From: Rhodobacterales bacterium
GTDB taxonomy: Bacteria > Pseudomonadota > Alphaproteobacteria > Rhodobacterales > Rhodobacteraceae
NCBI GenBank assembly: GCA_038209095.1
Contig: JBBQYB010000001.1
Location: forward strand, 10,502-74,501
Direction of reading: 5' to 3'
DNA length: 64,000 nt
A model generated the notes under the pieces. It did no database searches and was not told where the DNA came from. It worked only from the letters and a program-made list of their open reading frames with translations. The translations under genes were made by a program, and so were the position numbers. Position 1 is the first letter of the stretch, and each line of letters starts with the position of its first letter. Of the stretch, positions 1 through 18,347 are shown one piece after another.

Positions 1-548
1 CGGAAATGCGTCGAGAGATGGCGCACGGGGCTCGGCAGGAATTCCTCGTTGATGTTCGGCACGCCCAGATAGACGTTTATCTTGGCGGTGATGCGCGCAA
101 TGAACAGGACGGCGAAGGTCCACATGCCGAACTGATTGGCAGCGCCCTCGGAGACGAGGATCAGCAGGATCATCGATGCGATTAACGCCATCTCGGAATA
201 CGCTATGGTCCCCCAAGCCCGTAGAAAGCGTTGGAGCCCTTCGACGCCAGGCGGGCAGGGCTTGGCGCAGGGTCCGGTGATCACGCCACCCAGAAAGGCC
301 AGTTCGAACCATCCCCAGATCAGGATTGCCGAGATGAAGGCGAGATACACCCCGAACACCGAAGGGTCACTCAGGGATCGCTCGACGCCGATACAGCCGA
401 GCGAGAGAAACGGCAGCGCCAGAACCACGGCATTTAAATAGCCTTGCCGTCCCCCGCGATCCGCGCGGGAGACGACAAGCAGGATCGCTCCAGTGGAAAA
501 CCACCAGACGAAGAGGGCGAACAGGGCCGCGATCCAGATGCTGTCCAT
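1..548 (-). CDS. puhE: PuhE, photosynthetic complex assembly protein (5' part; runs off the left edge)
   Basis: Hand translation from ATG at 548: MDSIWIAALFALFVWWFSTGAILLVVSRADRGG..., the PuhE N-terminus. GAGGA RBS just upstream; lies directly after acsF. Confidence 0.9.
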   Translation of the reverse strand, partial: MDSIWIAALFALFVWWFSTGAILLVVSRADRGGRQGYLNAVVLALPFLSLGCIGVERSLSDPSVFGVYLAFISAILIWGWFELAFLGGVITGPCAKPCPPGVEGLQRFLRAWGTIAYSEMALIASMILLILVSEGAANQFGMWTFAVLFIARITAKINVYLGVPNINEEFLPSPVRHLSTHF

Positions 549-557
549 GCTACGTCC

Positions 558-1643
558 TCAGTAGGTCGGCTCGAGCCGGCTATTTGCCGGAAGTACATGG
601 GTCTTGACCGGGATGAGATAGAGGCCCGCGAAGGCCGCCGCGGCGCGTGCGGCGCAGACCCAGGAGCGCACCTTTCCGCCGACGCCTCCGGCGCGTTTCG
701 CTTCGTCCATATCCCCCGCGATGCGCCGCATCCGCGCGAGCCCCTTGGTCCAGCGCGGGTTCTGCAGGTCGATCTCGACCGGAAAGACCTGACGGCTGAT
801 TTCGGACGTAATCCGAAATACCTCCGCGTCATACCAGTCGACGTCCACCCCGAGCGCCTTATGAAACGCCGGACGGGCGTGATCGCGCACATGCATGGTC
901 GCGAACACGGCCACGAGGAAGAAGCGGATCCACAACTTGTTGCGGCCGGCCAGCAGGTGCGGGTTGGCGCGCATCAGTAACGCAAAGGCCTCGCCATGGC
1001 TGAACTCGTCGTTGCACCATTCCTTGAACCACTTGAAAATGGGGTGAAACCGCATCTCCGGATGCTTCTCGAGGTGACGATAGATGGTGATGTACCGCGC
1101 ATACCCAATCTTCTCGCTGAGATAGGTCGCGTAATAGATGAATTTGGGTTTGAAATAGGTGTATTTTTTGGCCTTCGTCAGAAACCCGAGGTTCACCGCG
1201 ATGTTCGCCTCGCGCAGCGCGTCGTTGATGAAGCCTGCATGCCTGGCCTCGTCGCGCGCCATGTAGTTGAAAAGCTCACAGATGTCGGGATTGGAGCCGC
1301 GGCGCTTCATTTCCTTGTAGAGCACACATCCCGAGAACTCTGCCGTCAGGGACGAAACGAGAAAATCGGTGAACTCCTTACGGAGTTGCGGCTCCATCGC
1401 GTCGAAGTCGACGTGATCCCAAGCTTCGGTCTTCTTGAAGTGCTTTTTGTTCGGATCCGACTTCATCTGGGCGATGAGTTTGTCCCATTCCGCGCGGACC
1501 GACGTGACGTCGATCTTGTCCATCTCGTCGAAGTCGGTGGTGTAAAAACGCGGCGCAAGCATGGTCGTCTCGACGGCCATGTCGGTGGTCGAAAGCGCGG
1601 ATTTAACATGCTCAGAGGGGTTGATCTCCGTGATTGCATTCAT
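558..1643 (-). CDS. acsF: O2-dependent Mg-protoporphyrin IX monomethyl ester cyclase
   Basis: 361 aa; [20 protein letters not shown], di-iron motifs DEARH and DEFSH; position in the puh operon. Confidence 0.97.
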   Translation of the reverse strand: MNAITEINPSEHVKSALSTTDMAVETTMLAPRFYTTDFDEMDKIDVTSVRAEWDKLIAQMKSDPNKKHFKKTEAWDHVDFDAMEPQLRKEFTDFLVSSLTAEFSGCVLYKEMKRRGSNPDICELFNYMARDEARHAGFINDALREANIAVNLGFLTKAKKYTYFKPKFIYYATYLSEKIGYARYITIYRHLEKHPEMRFHPIFKWFKEWCNDEFSHGEAFALLMRANPHLLAGRNKLWIRFFLVAVFATMHVRDHARPAFHKALGVDVDWYDAEVFRITSEISRQVFPVEIDLQNPRWTKGLARMRRIAGDMDEAKRAGGVGGKVRSWVCAARAAAAFAGLYLIPVKTHVLPANSRLEPTY

Positions 1644-1939
1644 AGACGTATCTCCTCTGAAAAGCTGAATTCACAGAGCTCCATGAATTCCAGATCGCCG
1701 GTCATGCGCGTCCAGGCGCGCTCGATCAGGCTGGCCCGCGTAATCGTTGCGGTACGGTTCTCGATGACGACCTCACCGTAGGGTGCCATCACCGGGGCGC
1801 CGTGGACCAGAACTTCGTCGCCGGGGTTGATCACTGCTCCGTTGTCGAAGCGCACATGGGCATGCAGGCTCTCGAAACGGTGGCTCACCTCGACGGTGCA
1901 GGGCACCTCCTCTCGCGATCGTGTGAAAAGACCAGGCAT
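1640..1939 (-). CDS. bciE: BciE, accessory subunit of alphaproteobacterial AcsF cyclase
   Basis: 99-aa ORF whose stop overlaps the acsF start; two Cys (C14, C89); position between puhC and acsF is that of bciE. Confidence 0.8.
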   Translation of the reverse strand: MPGLFTRSREEVPCTVEVSHRFESLHAHVRFDNGAVINPGDEVLVHGAPVMAPYGEVVIENRTATITRASLIERAWTRMTGDLEFMELCEFSFSEEIRL

Positions 1940-1966
1940 CTCTCATCTCTCTCCGGTATCGGACGC

Positions 1967-2440
1967 CTAGTCCTGCAGCAAGGCCGCAAAGGCGTCCCGG
2001 TTGGTGTTCCCGAACCCGATCAATTCGACGCGCCATCCCGTTGCGGGGTCCCTGATCGCCAGACGTCCGTCCGCGAACTGGACCAGGCGAATGGGAGGGT
2101 TGCCCTCGACCTTGTTCAGCATGCGCACGCGCTCCAGCGCACGATGGACACCATTAATAAAGCCTCCCTCCATCGGTCCAAGGTCTATAAAGACGCGCCC
2201 ATCTTCGTCCGCCACCTTGGCGCTGCCGTCAAGCTTGCCCGTGATCTGGATGATTCTTTCCGCGACGACGGCAACCGTGTCGTCCGGAGTAGCCGCAGGT
2301 TGCATTCCGAAGATCCGCGCGAGCGTCACCATCGTCAGGGTCAGGATCAGAAGACCCGCGACGCCACGCAGCAGCGGCCCCATGGCCCGACGGTCGCGCT
2401 CGGCTCGCTGCTTCTTTTCCCGCATCGTTGCCGTCATCAT
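1967..2440 (-). CDS. puhC: PuhC, photosynthetic complex assembly protein
   Basis: One N-terminal TM helix, GGFINGVHRALERVR and DPATGWRVELIGFG motifs; synteny. Confidence 0.9.
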   Translation of the reverse strand: MMTATMREKKQRAERDRRAMGPLLRGVAGLLILTLTMVTLARIFGMQPAATPDDTVAVVAERIIQITGKLDGSAKVADEDGRVFIDLGPMEGGFINGVHRALERVRMLNKVEGNPPIRLVQFADGRLAIRDPATGWRVELIGFGNTNRDAFAALLQD

Positions 2441-2452
2441 AATGGTGGCTCC

Positions 2453-3109
2453 TTATTCAGCTGCGATGGAGCGCAGGGACCCCATCGCGAGTTCGGCGAC
2501 CGCAAGTGGCTGACCGGGATTGATCTCGTGAACGCGTGCCGAAGCGGCCGCGCCGAGAATGGCCGCGGCTTCGCGCGGATCGCACAGGCACCGCAGTGCC
2601 GGACGGGGGCGCACGATCGACCACGGCCGGACATGGGGCCACATCACCAGATACGAGAGCTTCGCTTCGCCCTTAAGCGCCAGTTCAATCGAGCCCGAGC
2701 CGTCACGGTTCATGCGAAGATCGGCGCTCTCGATCCAGCGATAAGGCAGGTTCGTCGTAAGGCTCAGAGCGGCGCCAATGCGCATGACGACACGGTGTGT
2801 CGTGACCGTATAGACGGTCGCACGAGCCATGGCCCAGGCCATGAGCGTCAGGACGCCAATGGCGATGGCCCCGATTGCAACATACCAGCTTGCGGTCGCA
2901 AGCCCGGCCACGATGCCTTCGTCAAGAGCCCGGGCCCCACCTCGCCAGAGGGCGAGGAGGACAAAGTAGGCCGCCAGCCACCCGATGCTCAGCGCCTGCC
3001 GGGCAAGGGAGAAGGCTACCGGCGCACCCTGCCACAGGATGCGCTCGCCTTCGGGCGGCGTCTCGGGCAAACCGCGGACCGGCTCGGATTCGTGCTCGTC
3101 GTAGGGCAT
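2453..3109 (-). CDS. puhB: PuhB, photosynthetic complex assembly protein
   Basis: EPVRGLPETPPEGERILWQGAP, YTVTTHRVVMRIGAAL, LMVWPH-type LWPHVRPW motif; synteny. Confidence 0.92.
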   Translation of the reverse strand: MPYDEHESEPVRGLPETPPEGERILWQGAPVAFSLARQALSIGWLAAYFVLLALWRGGARALDEGIVAGLATASWYVAIGAIAIGVLTLMAWAMARATVYTVTTHRVVMRIGAALSLTTNLPYRWIESADLRMNRDGSGSIELALKGEAKLSYLVMWPHVRPWSIVRPRPALRCLCDPREAAAILGAAASARVHEINPGQPLAVAELAMGSLRSIAAE

Positions 3110-3133
3110 TGCAACACCTCCCTCGGCTGCGCT

Positions 3134-3904
3134 TCAGTTAAGGACCGGGTCCAGCTGGCTCTCGACGCGATCGCGCGCCGCATAAAGCTTGCCGCCCCCG
3201 TAGTAGGCAGAGATCTTGTCTTCCTCTAGCTTGGTCACCTGAGCATTCGACTTGGTCGTCGGTACGGCGGCGAAGTGTTCGGCGTAGATCGAATGGACCC
3301 GAACGCCCTTCCAGGTGATCTTCGCCAGGGGCATCGGGATCAGCCTGACACCATTGGTCCCGAGATCAACCTCGAGATAGCGGACCTGCATGTCGCCCTT
3401 GTCGATCCACATGTCCGAAATCGTGCCGACGACTTCGCCATCCCCCGCGATGACCGGCATTCCGCGCGGGTCGCGCCCGGCCAGATGGCTGAAGCCTTCC
3501 GCGTTGCGCATCGGTCCAAGGCTGGGGTGGCCGTGAGCGTCCAGCTCGGGCGCGTCCTCGCGCAGGGCATAAGCCGCAGGACCGATGCCGTCGACCATCG
3601 GATTGCCGGTCGGCTCATAAGGGCTGCCCGCCGAAGGCGAGGTTGGTTCCATCGCGAACGTCCGCGTTTCGCGCTGATCCGAGTTGGGAAAGGAGACCGT
3701 CCCTCGACCGTGCGGCAGGATGTAGGTCTTCGGCTCGGGCATGCCGAAGTTCGCACCAGCGGACGAGCCATCCTCGTTTTCGGTTGGATAGCCTTCGCGC
3801 TGGTTCTCGCGCTGAAGATAGATGACGAGCCCCGCGAAGAAAATCCAGAAAGAATAGAGCGCAAGCTGCGCGAGATCGAAGGTTCCGAAGAAAGTTGCAG
3901 TCAT
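3134..3904 (-). CDS. puhA: Photosynthetic reaction centre H subunit
   Basis: FDLAQLALYSFWIFFAGLVIYLQRENQREGYP; PTGNPMVDGIGPA; PRC-barrel; VTKLEEDKISAYYGGG. Confidence 0.97.
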   Translation of the reverse strand: MTATFFGTFDLAQLALYSFWIFFAGLVIYLQRENQREGYPTENEDGSSAGANFGMPEPKTYILPHGRGTVSFPNSDQRETRTFAMEPTSPSAGSPYEPTGNPMVDGIGPAAYALREDAPELDAHGHPSLGPMRNAEGFSHLAGRDPRGMPVIAGDGEVVGTISDMWIDKGDMQVRYLEVDLGTNGVRLIPMPLAKITWKGVRVHSIYAEHFAAVPTTKSNAQVTKLEEDKISAYYGGGKLYAARDRVESQLDPVLN

Positions 3905-3926
3905 TTTGCGTCCTCCGTTGGATGCG

Positions 3927-5350
3927 TCAGGTCGGAAATTCGCTCAGGCCGAACGAAGCTACCGATGTCTTGAGGGACCGCGCCCGGACCAGCGGTCCGA
4001 TCACGATGAGGGTTAGGAACAAAAAGCCGATTTCGATGTGATAGACGAAGGAATATCCGGCGAAGGGCGTCGCCATCCCGGGTCCGAAGACACCCTGCAT
4101 GGCCAATGCACCGAAGACGTCGCGCGCGGCACCGCCCGCGGCGATGGCGAGACCCGTCGCAGTGGCCTGGGCGGCACCCCATGCTCCGAGCGCCAGTCCC
4201 GAATCCACCAGACCCTCGCGCGGCGCGCGGATCACCGCCGTGAGCATCGACACGGAGAAGAGACCAGCTCCGAACCCGATCAAGCCGGCCCCGCCGAAGA
4301 ACAGGCCGGCGGACCCGAGCGGGGCGGAAAAGACCACCGCCGATAGCGCGCATATGCCTGCCAGAAGACCGGTCGCTGCGATGCGGAAGGGGTCCGTCCC
4401 CTGGCCCATGCGCTTGGCGGCGATGGCAAAACCCGCAAGGGCCCCCAGCGCCCAGATAGCCGTAAGGGCCGTGGTGGCTCCCACCGAGAGGCCGAGGATT
4501 TCGCCGCCGTAAGGCTCGAGCAGGACATCCTGCATGGAAAAGGCTGCCGTTCCGAGCGCCACGACCGCAATGATCCGCAGCATCGGACCGCTTCCGGCGA
4601 GATCCACCAGCGCATCCGAGAACCTTGGGCGCTCAGCGGCCCGTTCCTCGCGCGACATCGGCTGCATCTGCTCCTGCTTCCAGAGAGCGATCAGGTTGAG
4701 TACCAGCGTTGCGGCCGCGGCACCCTGAACGACCTGTATCAGCCGCAAGGCCGTGAAATCCCGCAGCAGCGTGCCGAGCACGATCGCGCTGAGTGCCATG
4801 CCGACGAGAAACATGACATAGAGAAGCGCCACGACCCGGTGACGCTTCTCGGGCTCCGCCTGGTCCGCGGCCAGCGCAAGGCCTGCCGTCTGGGTCATGT
4901 GCATGCCCAAGCCCGCCATGACGAATGCCGCGGCGGCCAGCGCTTCGCCGGCCCAATCCGGCCCGTGGGTTTGGTCCCCCGACAACAGGATCAGCGCGAA
5001 TGGCATGAACGCAAGACCGCCGAATTGATAGAGACTTCCGAACCAGATGAACGGGACACGCTTCCAGCCGATCGCGGATTTGTGCGTATCGGAGCGGAAA
5101 CCGATCAGCGCGCGGAAGGGTGCCACCAGCACCGGGAGAGCCACCATGCTCGCCACGAGAAAGGCCGCGACGTTCATCTCGACGATCATCACGCGGTTGA
5201 GCGTGCCGAGCATCAGGACGGTCGCCATCCCGACGGAGATCTGGAACAGCGACAACCGCAAGAGCCGCCCCAACGGCAAGCCTGCCGACGCGCCGTCCGC
5301 GAAGGGCAGCATGTTAATTCCGAACTGCGTGAGCGGATGGCGTTCCTTGC

Positions 5351-5354
<4 letters not shown>
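3927..5354 (-). CDS. lhaA: LhaA/PucC-family MFS protein, LH1 assembly
   Basis: RLLRLSLFQISVGMATVLMLGTLNRVMIVE; multi-TM. True ATG at 5354 overlaps the bchM stop; the listed ORF is over-extended. Confidence 0.92.
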
Positions 5355-13881
<8,527 letters not shown>

Positions 13882-14004
13882 CCCAAAGGATGACAGTTTG
13901 CCGGGCCAAGTTTGCGCTTTTTCGGCCTCTTGGCCCCAAATTCAGACGAGCCGACCGTCTTTTCGACCGGCTTTGGCCTGCTCTCCAATCGAATCTCAAG
14001 GGTC

Positions 14005-14022
14005 TGTCAATTAGATTTGACA
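14005..14022. promoter_or_regulatory. PpsR/CrtJ binding site 2
   Basis: TGTCAATTAGATTTGACA = TGT-N12-ACA with 6-bp perfect arms, upstream of ppaA. Confidence 0.85.
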
Positions 14023-14104
14023 TATCGCACGGAGCATGGTCTGCTTGATCGACCGTAATTGATCGGCGGACGAATGCCACAGCCCGCGGCAGCGACCCGC
14101 CCCG

Positions 14105-14881
14105 ATGGAAAGAACAGGGATGCTGAGGCTAGGTACGGTCGACATCTCCGGCGATGGTCCGGCCCTTCCTATGGTCTCGCCGTCCCTCGTGACGCGCGCT
14201 CTGGGCGATCTGGCAATGGGAAGGCTTTCCGCTGCTGGCGCAGGATACGCGATCGAACAGTTCTGCGCGACGCTCATCGAGGACACGCCGCGTTCGGCGC
14301 TTGGGTTCGTCGATCGTCTGATCGACTGCGGCGTCACGGTCGATGCCATTTATGACACTTACATCCCACGCGCAGCGGCCCGGTTGGGCGAGATGTGGAA
14401 CGAGGACATTCTCAGCTTCACCGCCGTGACCTTGGGCATGGCGCGTCTCACCGAAGTCTTCCGGCGACTCAGTCCGACCTTTCTTAAACAGCGCCAGTCA
14501 GGACGCTTGTCCCAAAAGCATGCACTGTTCGCCTTGGCTCCGGGCGAGACCCACTCCCTAGGAGTGGTCATGGCGGCCGATTATTTCCAGCGCAACGGTT
14601 GGATCGTTCGGGTCGAGCTACGTTCTGACAATGCTGGATTGGAGCGGATCGTGCGCGAGCAACCGTTCGACATGATCGGGGTCTCTGCTGGCAGTCGCTG
14701 CCTGATCCCCGATCTCAGCCGAACCATCGCACGGCTGCGCAAGGCCGCCGGCTCCTCCACCCAGTTCGTGCTCGGTGGACCGCTCGGTCGGCTTGTGGAC
14801 GGTCTGGCGGACCGTATCGGAGTGAACGTGGTGCCGGGGTCCGCCGCCGAGGCTTTGTCCGAGGTCGAAAACCGCATGTAG
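14105..14881 (+). CDS. ppaA: PpaA/AerR cobalamin-binding photoregulator
   Basis: YIPRAAARLGEMWNEDILSF and B12 motif PGETHSLG; lies directly upstream of ppsR; start uncertain (several in-frame ATGs). Confidence 0.88.
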   Translation: MERTGMLRLGTVDISGDGPALPMVSPSLVTRALGDLAMGRLSAAGAGYAIEQFCATLIEDTPRSALGFVDRLIDCGVTVDAIYDTYIPRAAARLGEMWNEDILSFTAVTLGMARLTEVFRRLSPTFLKQRQSGRLSQKHALFALAPGETHSLGVVMAADYFQRNGWIVRVELRSDNAGLERIVREQPFDMIGVSAGSRCLIPDLSRTIARLRKAAGSSTQFVLGGPLGRLVDGLADRIGVNVVPGSAAEALSEVENRM

Positions 14882-14944
14882 GGACGCACTCGCCGTTACG
14901 CCGACAGGATACCAGACCGCATCCCGAAACCATCGGACCCAAGC

Positions 14945-16354
14945 GTGAACAAAAACGCCGCCTTTCTCGCCGCAATGGACGGTTTCGCCGCAGTTGACGA
15001 GCATGCAATCAAGGCGATCGTGGCTGCCGGGTCGGATATAGCCCTCCTGATCACTGCGGAGGGCGTCGTTCAGAGCGTCTATGTCGCTCCGGAAACGGCT
15101 CCGGACAACGACATCGATGGCTGGTCGGGCAGCGGGATCCAGGATCTCGTCACGGAGGATTCTCGGCCCAAGATCGCCGACATGCTCCGACGCGCCCGAA
15201 GCGATGAAATGCCTAAATGGCGCGAGATCAATCACCTAACCAGGGGCGCGGAAGGCTTCCCGATCCGCTATGCCGCCGTGCCGACGGGGTCGAGCGGCAA
15301 CGTCATCCTCTTGGGCCGCGACTTGCGCATGGTGGCCCAACTACAGCAGCGTCTTGTCCAGGCCCAACTCACGATGGAGCAGGACTACGAGCGCATTCGG
15401 CAGATCGAGACACGATACCGCGTGCTGTTTGAGACGACGCAGGAGGCGCTCCTGATCGTTTCCTCGGAGACCGGCAGGATCCTTGACGCCAATTCGGCCG
15501 CTGCGAGGTTGTTTGCGCGTGAAGTGCAGGATCTGACCAACCGGGTGTTCGCCAACCGCTTCGATCAGAACAGCCAGACGGCGCTCGCAGCAATATTGGG
15601 CGAGGTTCGCGAAACCGGAAGAGAGCGATCGGTCTACCTGCGCTCTCGAGGTGACAACGTACAGATTAACCTAGACGTGCTTCTGTTCCGATCAATCAAC
15701 GAAACCTTGTTTCTCTGTCGCTTGTCCCTCCGCGATCCAGGCTCGGTGGAGGACTCAGGGCTTGACCGATCTCTTACGGCCTTGTTTCGACAGGGTGGCG
15801 ACGCAATTTTGTTCACGGACGCCTCCGGCATGATCCAGTGGGCAAACACCGCTTTTCTGTCGCTGGCAGATGTTGCGGTCAGCGAGACAGTGCGCGAAAC
15901 GTCTTTCGGAGAATTCCTCGGCCGCCCTGCCATCGATCTCAACGTCATGATGACGAATGCGCGGGCAAAAGGCCGCCTATCCGTCTACGCGACATCGTTT
16001 CGAAGCGCTTTTGGTGTCTCGATACCCGTTGAGATCTCCACCACGTATCTTGTGGACACCAAACCCGAAGGCTTTGCTTTCGTCCTGCGCGATGTCAGCA
16101 GAACAGTCTCTTCTCGCACGGCTGGCCCTGCCGTGTCTTCTGAAGCGGTTGAACACATAATCGACCTCGTCGGCTCGACGCCGCTCAAGGAGCTGGTACG
16201 CGGCACGACGGACGTCGTCGAGAAACTCTGCATTGAGACGGCCATCAAGCTGACCAACAACAACAGGGCCTCCGCAGCGGAAATGCTCGGGCTCTCTCGT
16301 CAGAGCCTCTACGTGAAACTGCGGAAATATGGCCTGATCGATCAGGAAGATTGA
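14945..16354 (+). CDS. ppsR: PpsR transcriptional repressor
   Basis: PAS domains, Q-linker LQQRLVQAQLTMEQDY, C-terminal Fis-type HTH IEKLC-type VEKLCIETA...NNRASAAEMLGLSRQSLYVKLRKYGL. Confidence 0.96.
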   Translation: MNKNAAFLAAMDGFAAVDEHAIKAIVAAGSDIALLITAEGVVQSVYVAPETAPDNDIDGWSGSGIQDLVTEDSRPKIADMLRRARSDEMPKWREINHLTRGAEGFPIRYAAVPTGSSGNVILLGRDLRMVAQLQQRLVQAQLTMEQDYERIRQIETRYRVLFETTQEALLIVSSETGRILDANSAAARLFAREVQDLTNRVFANRFDQNSQTALAAILGEVRETGRERSVYLRSRGDNVQINLDVLLFRSINETLFLCRLSLRDPGSVEDSGLDRSLTALFRQGGDAILFTDASGMIQWANTAFLSLADVAVSETVRETSFGEFLGRPAIDLNVMMTNARAKGRLSVYATSFRSAFGVSIPVEISTTYLVDTKPEGFAFVLRDVSRTVSSRTAGPAVSSEAVEHIIDLVGSTPLKELVRGTTDVVEKLCIETAIKLTNNNRASAAEMLGLSRQSLYVKLRKYGLIDQED

Positions 16355-16401
16355 CCGAGGTCAGAAGGTCGCACGGTCTTCGACAGATAGAGGGACCTGC
16401 C

Positions 16402-16695
16402 TCAGTCCCAGCGGATGGCGAGCCCCGAAATTAACGCCCCGTCCGCCCACGGAAGCGGCTCTCGGCCAACGTGGGCCAGAGCGTCTACCTGGCCATATCG
16501 ATCGCGGGCAGCGTCTACAATCGATATGGGAGGACCATCGAAAGATTCGGATGCAAGCACGCGGATCGGCCCGATCGCGGTGTGGGACCGCAGAGGTTTG
16601 TCCGGAAACAACGGTGTCGCCGCACCCACACCGGCGAGCACCGCCCCGGCCAATAGAGAGCCCGCAACGAGACCAAGGTAGACCGTTGGTTTCAT
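16402..16695 (-). CDS. Hypothetical small protein with signal-peptide-like N-terminus
   Basis: 97 aa from ATG 16695 (MKPTVYLGLVAGSLLAGAVLA...); fills the ppsR-pntB gap; CtrA box upstream; no family recognised. Confidence 0.4.
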   Translation of the reverse strand: MKPTVYLGLVAGSLLAGAVLAGVGAATPLFPDKPLRSHTAIGPIRVLASESFDGPPISIVDAARDRYGQVDALAHVGREPLPWADGALISGLAIRWD

Positions 16696-16772
16696 GACCT
16701 GCCTGCCGACTGATTTTGCTGAACCTGCCCGGAATACATTCTGCAACCCGAACCAAGGTCTGCGCTCCAGTC

Positions 16773-16788
16773 GTTAAGGTCGAATTAA
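16773..16788 (-). promoter_or_regulatory. CtrA-type binding site
   Basis: Minus strand TTAA-TTCGACC-TTAAC, a perfect TTAA-N7-TTAAC match. Confidence 0.6.
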
Positions 16789-16833
16789 ACCCACTAGAGA
16801 TTTCTTTTTTGAACCGCTAAAATTCAAGTACGG

Positions 16834-18270
16834 TCAACTTATCCGGGTGAGCAGATCGTCGAGAGACTTTTTTGCATCACCATAAAACATCCGGCTATTC
16901 TCTTTATAAAACAGAGGGTTCTCGATGCCAGAGTAGCCCGTTCCTTGGCCGCGTTTTGAGATGAACACCTGCTTGGCTTTCCAGACCTCAATCACCGGCA
17001 TCCCGGCGATCGGACTGTTGGGGTCTTCCTGGGCGGCAGGGTTCACGATGTCATTCGACCCGATCACGATGGCCACGTCCGTCTTCGGGAAATCCTCGTT
17101 AATCTCGTCCATTTCGAGCACGATGTCGTAAGGCACTTTCGCCTCCGCCAGCAGGACGTTCATGTGCCCCGGCAGTCGTCCCGCAACGGGGTGGATAGCA
17201 AAGCGCACCGTCTTGCCCTTCGCGCGCAACCGTTTGGTCAACTCCGAGACCGACTGCTGGGCCTGCGCTACCGCCATTCCGTAACCCGGCACGATGATGA
17301 TGCTGTCGGCATCGTCGAGCGCCGAAGCCACACCATCCGCATCAATGGCGATTTGCTCACCCTCGATCTCCATGGCCGGGCCTGAGGAGCCGCCCCAACC
17401 TCCGAGGATGACGCTCACGAAGTTTCGGTTCATTGCCTTGCACATGATGTAAGATAGGATTGCACCCGACGCCCCCACCAAGGCACCTGTGACGATCAGA
17501 AGATCGTTGCCGAGCGTAAAACCGATGGCCGCCGCCGCCCAGCCGGAATAGCTGTTGAGCATGGACACCACCACCGGCATGTCCGCGCCGCCGATGGCCA
17601 TGATCAAATGCCAACCAATGGCACCGGCGATGATCGCGACCAGGATCATCGTCCAGATGCCGGCTCCGCCGACATAGAGCACGCCCAGAACGAGACAGGC
17701 CGCCAGCGCTGCGAGATTGATCTGATGGCGGTACGGCAAGGTCAGCGCCTTGGAGTTGAGCTTACCCGCAAGCTTTCCATAGGCCACGATCGATCCAGTG
17801 AACGTCAGCGAGCCGATGAAGATGCCGAGGAAAACTTCGGTGCGCAGGATCGAAAACTCCACCGGCGTTTTCCGCGCGAGGGTGGCGGCAAAGCCCGACA
17901 ACTGGTCTGCCGTTCCGTCAGCCACGGCTGCAAGTGCACGGCTCGCCTCGATGTCCGCGTTGAGCCCGATGAAGACAGCCACGAGCCCTACGAGGCTGTG
18001 AAACCCTGCCACCAGTTCTGGCATCTGGGTCATTTGAACCCGGGTTGCCGCAAACGATCCGATGGCACCTCCGACGACGATCATCGGCAGCAGGAGCCAG
18101 AACGCCCCCATGCCCGGACCGAAGATCGTCGCAAGCATTGCAAGGGCCATGCCGATGATGCCGTACCAGATGGCCCGCTTGGCCTTCTCCTGATTGGAAA
18201 GCCCGCCGAGCGCGAGGATGAAGAGGACGCCGGCTACCACATAGGCGGCCGTGACAAGTCCGATGCTCAT
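16834..18270 (-). CDS. pntB: NAD(P) transhydrogenase beta subunit
   Basis: [65 protein letters not shown]. Confidence 0.97.
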   Translation of the reverse strand: MSIGLVTAAYVVAGVLFILALGGLSNQEKAKRAIWYGIIGMALAMLATIFGPGMGAFWLLLPMIVVGGAIGSFAATRVQMTQMPELVAGFHSLVGLVAVFIGLNADIEASRALAAVADGTADQLSGFAATLARKTPVEFSILRTEVFLGIFIGSLTFTGSIVAYGKLAGKLNSKALTLPYRHQINLAALAACLVLGVLYVGGAGIWTMILVAIIAGAIGWHLIMAIGGADMPVVVSMLNSYSGWAAAAIGFTLGNDLLIVTGALVGASGAILSYIMCKAMNRNFVSVILGGWGGSSGPAMEIEGEQIAIDADGVASALDDADSIIIVPGYGMAVAQAQQSVSELTKRLRAKGKTVRFAIHPVAGRLPGHMNVLLAEAKVPYDIVLEMDEINEDFPKTDVAIVIGSNDIVNPAAQEDPNSPIAGMPVIEVWKAKQVFISKRGQGTGYSGIENPLFYKENSRMFYGDAKKSLDDLLTRIS

Positions 18271-18347
18271 GGTCTACGCGCCCCCGACGGTCGTTAAATA
18301 CTGCGCAACCGAACAGGAAGGTTGCGGTAGATCTGTGATCAGCACGC

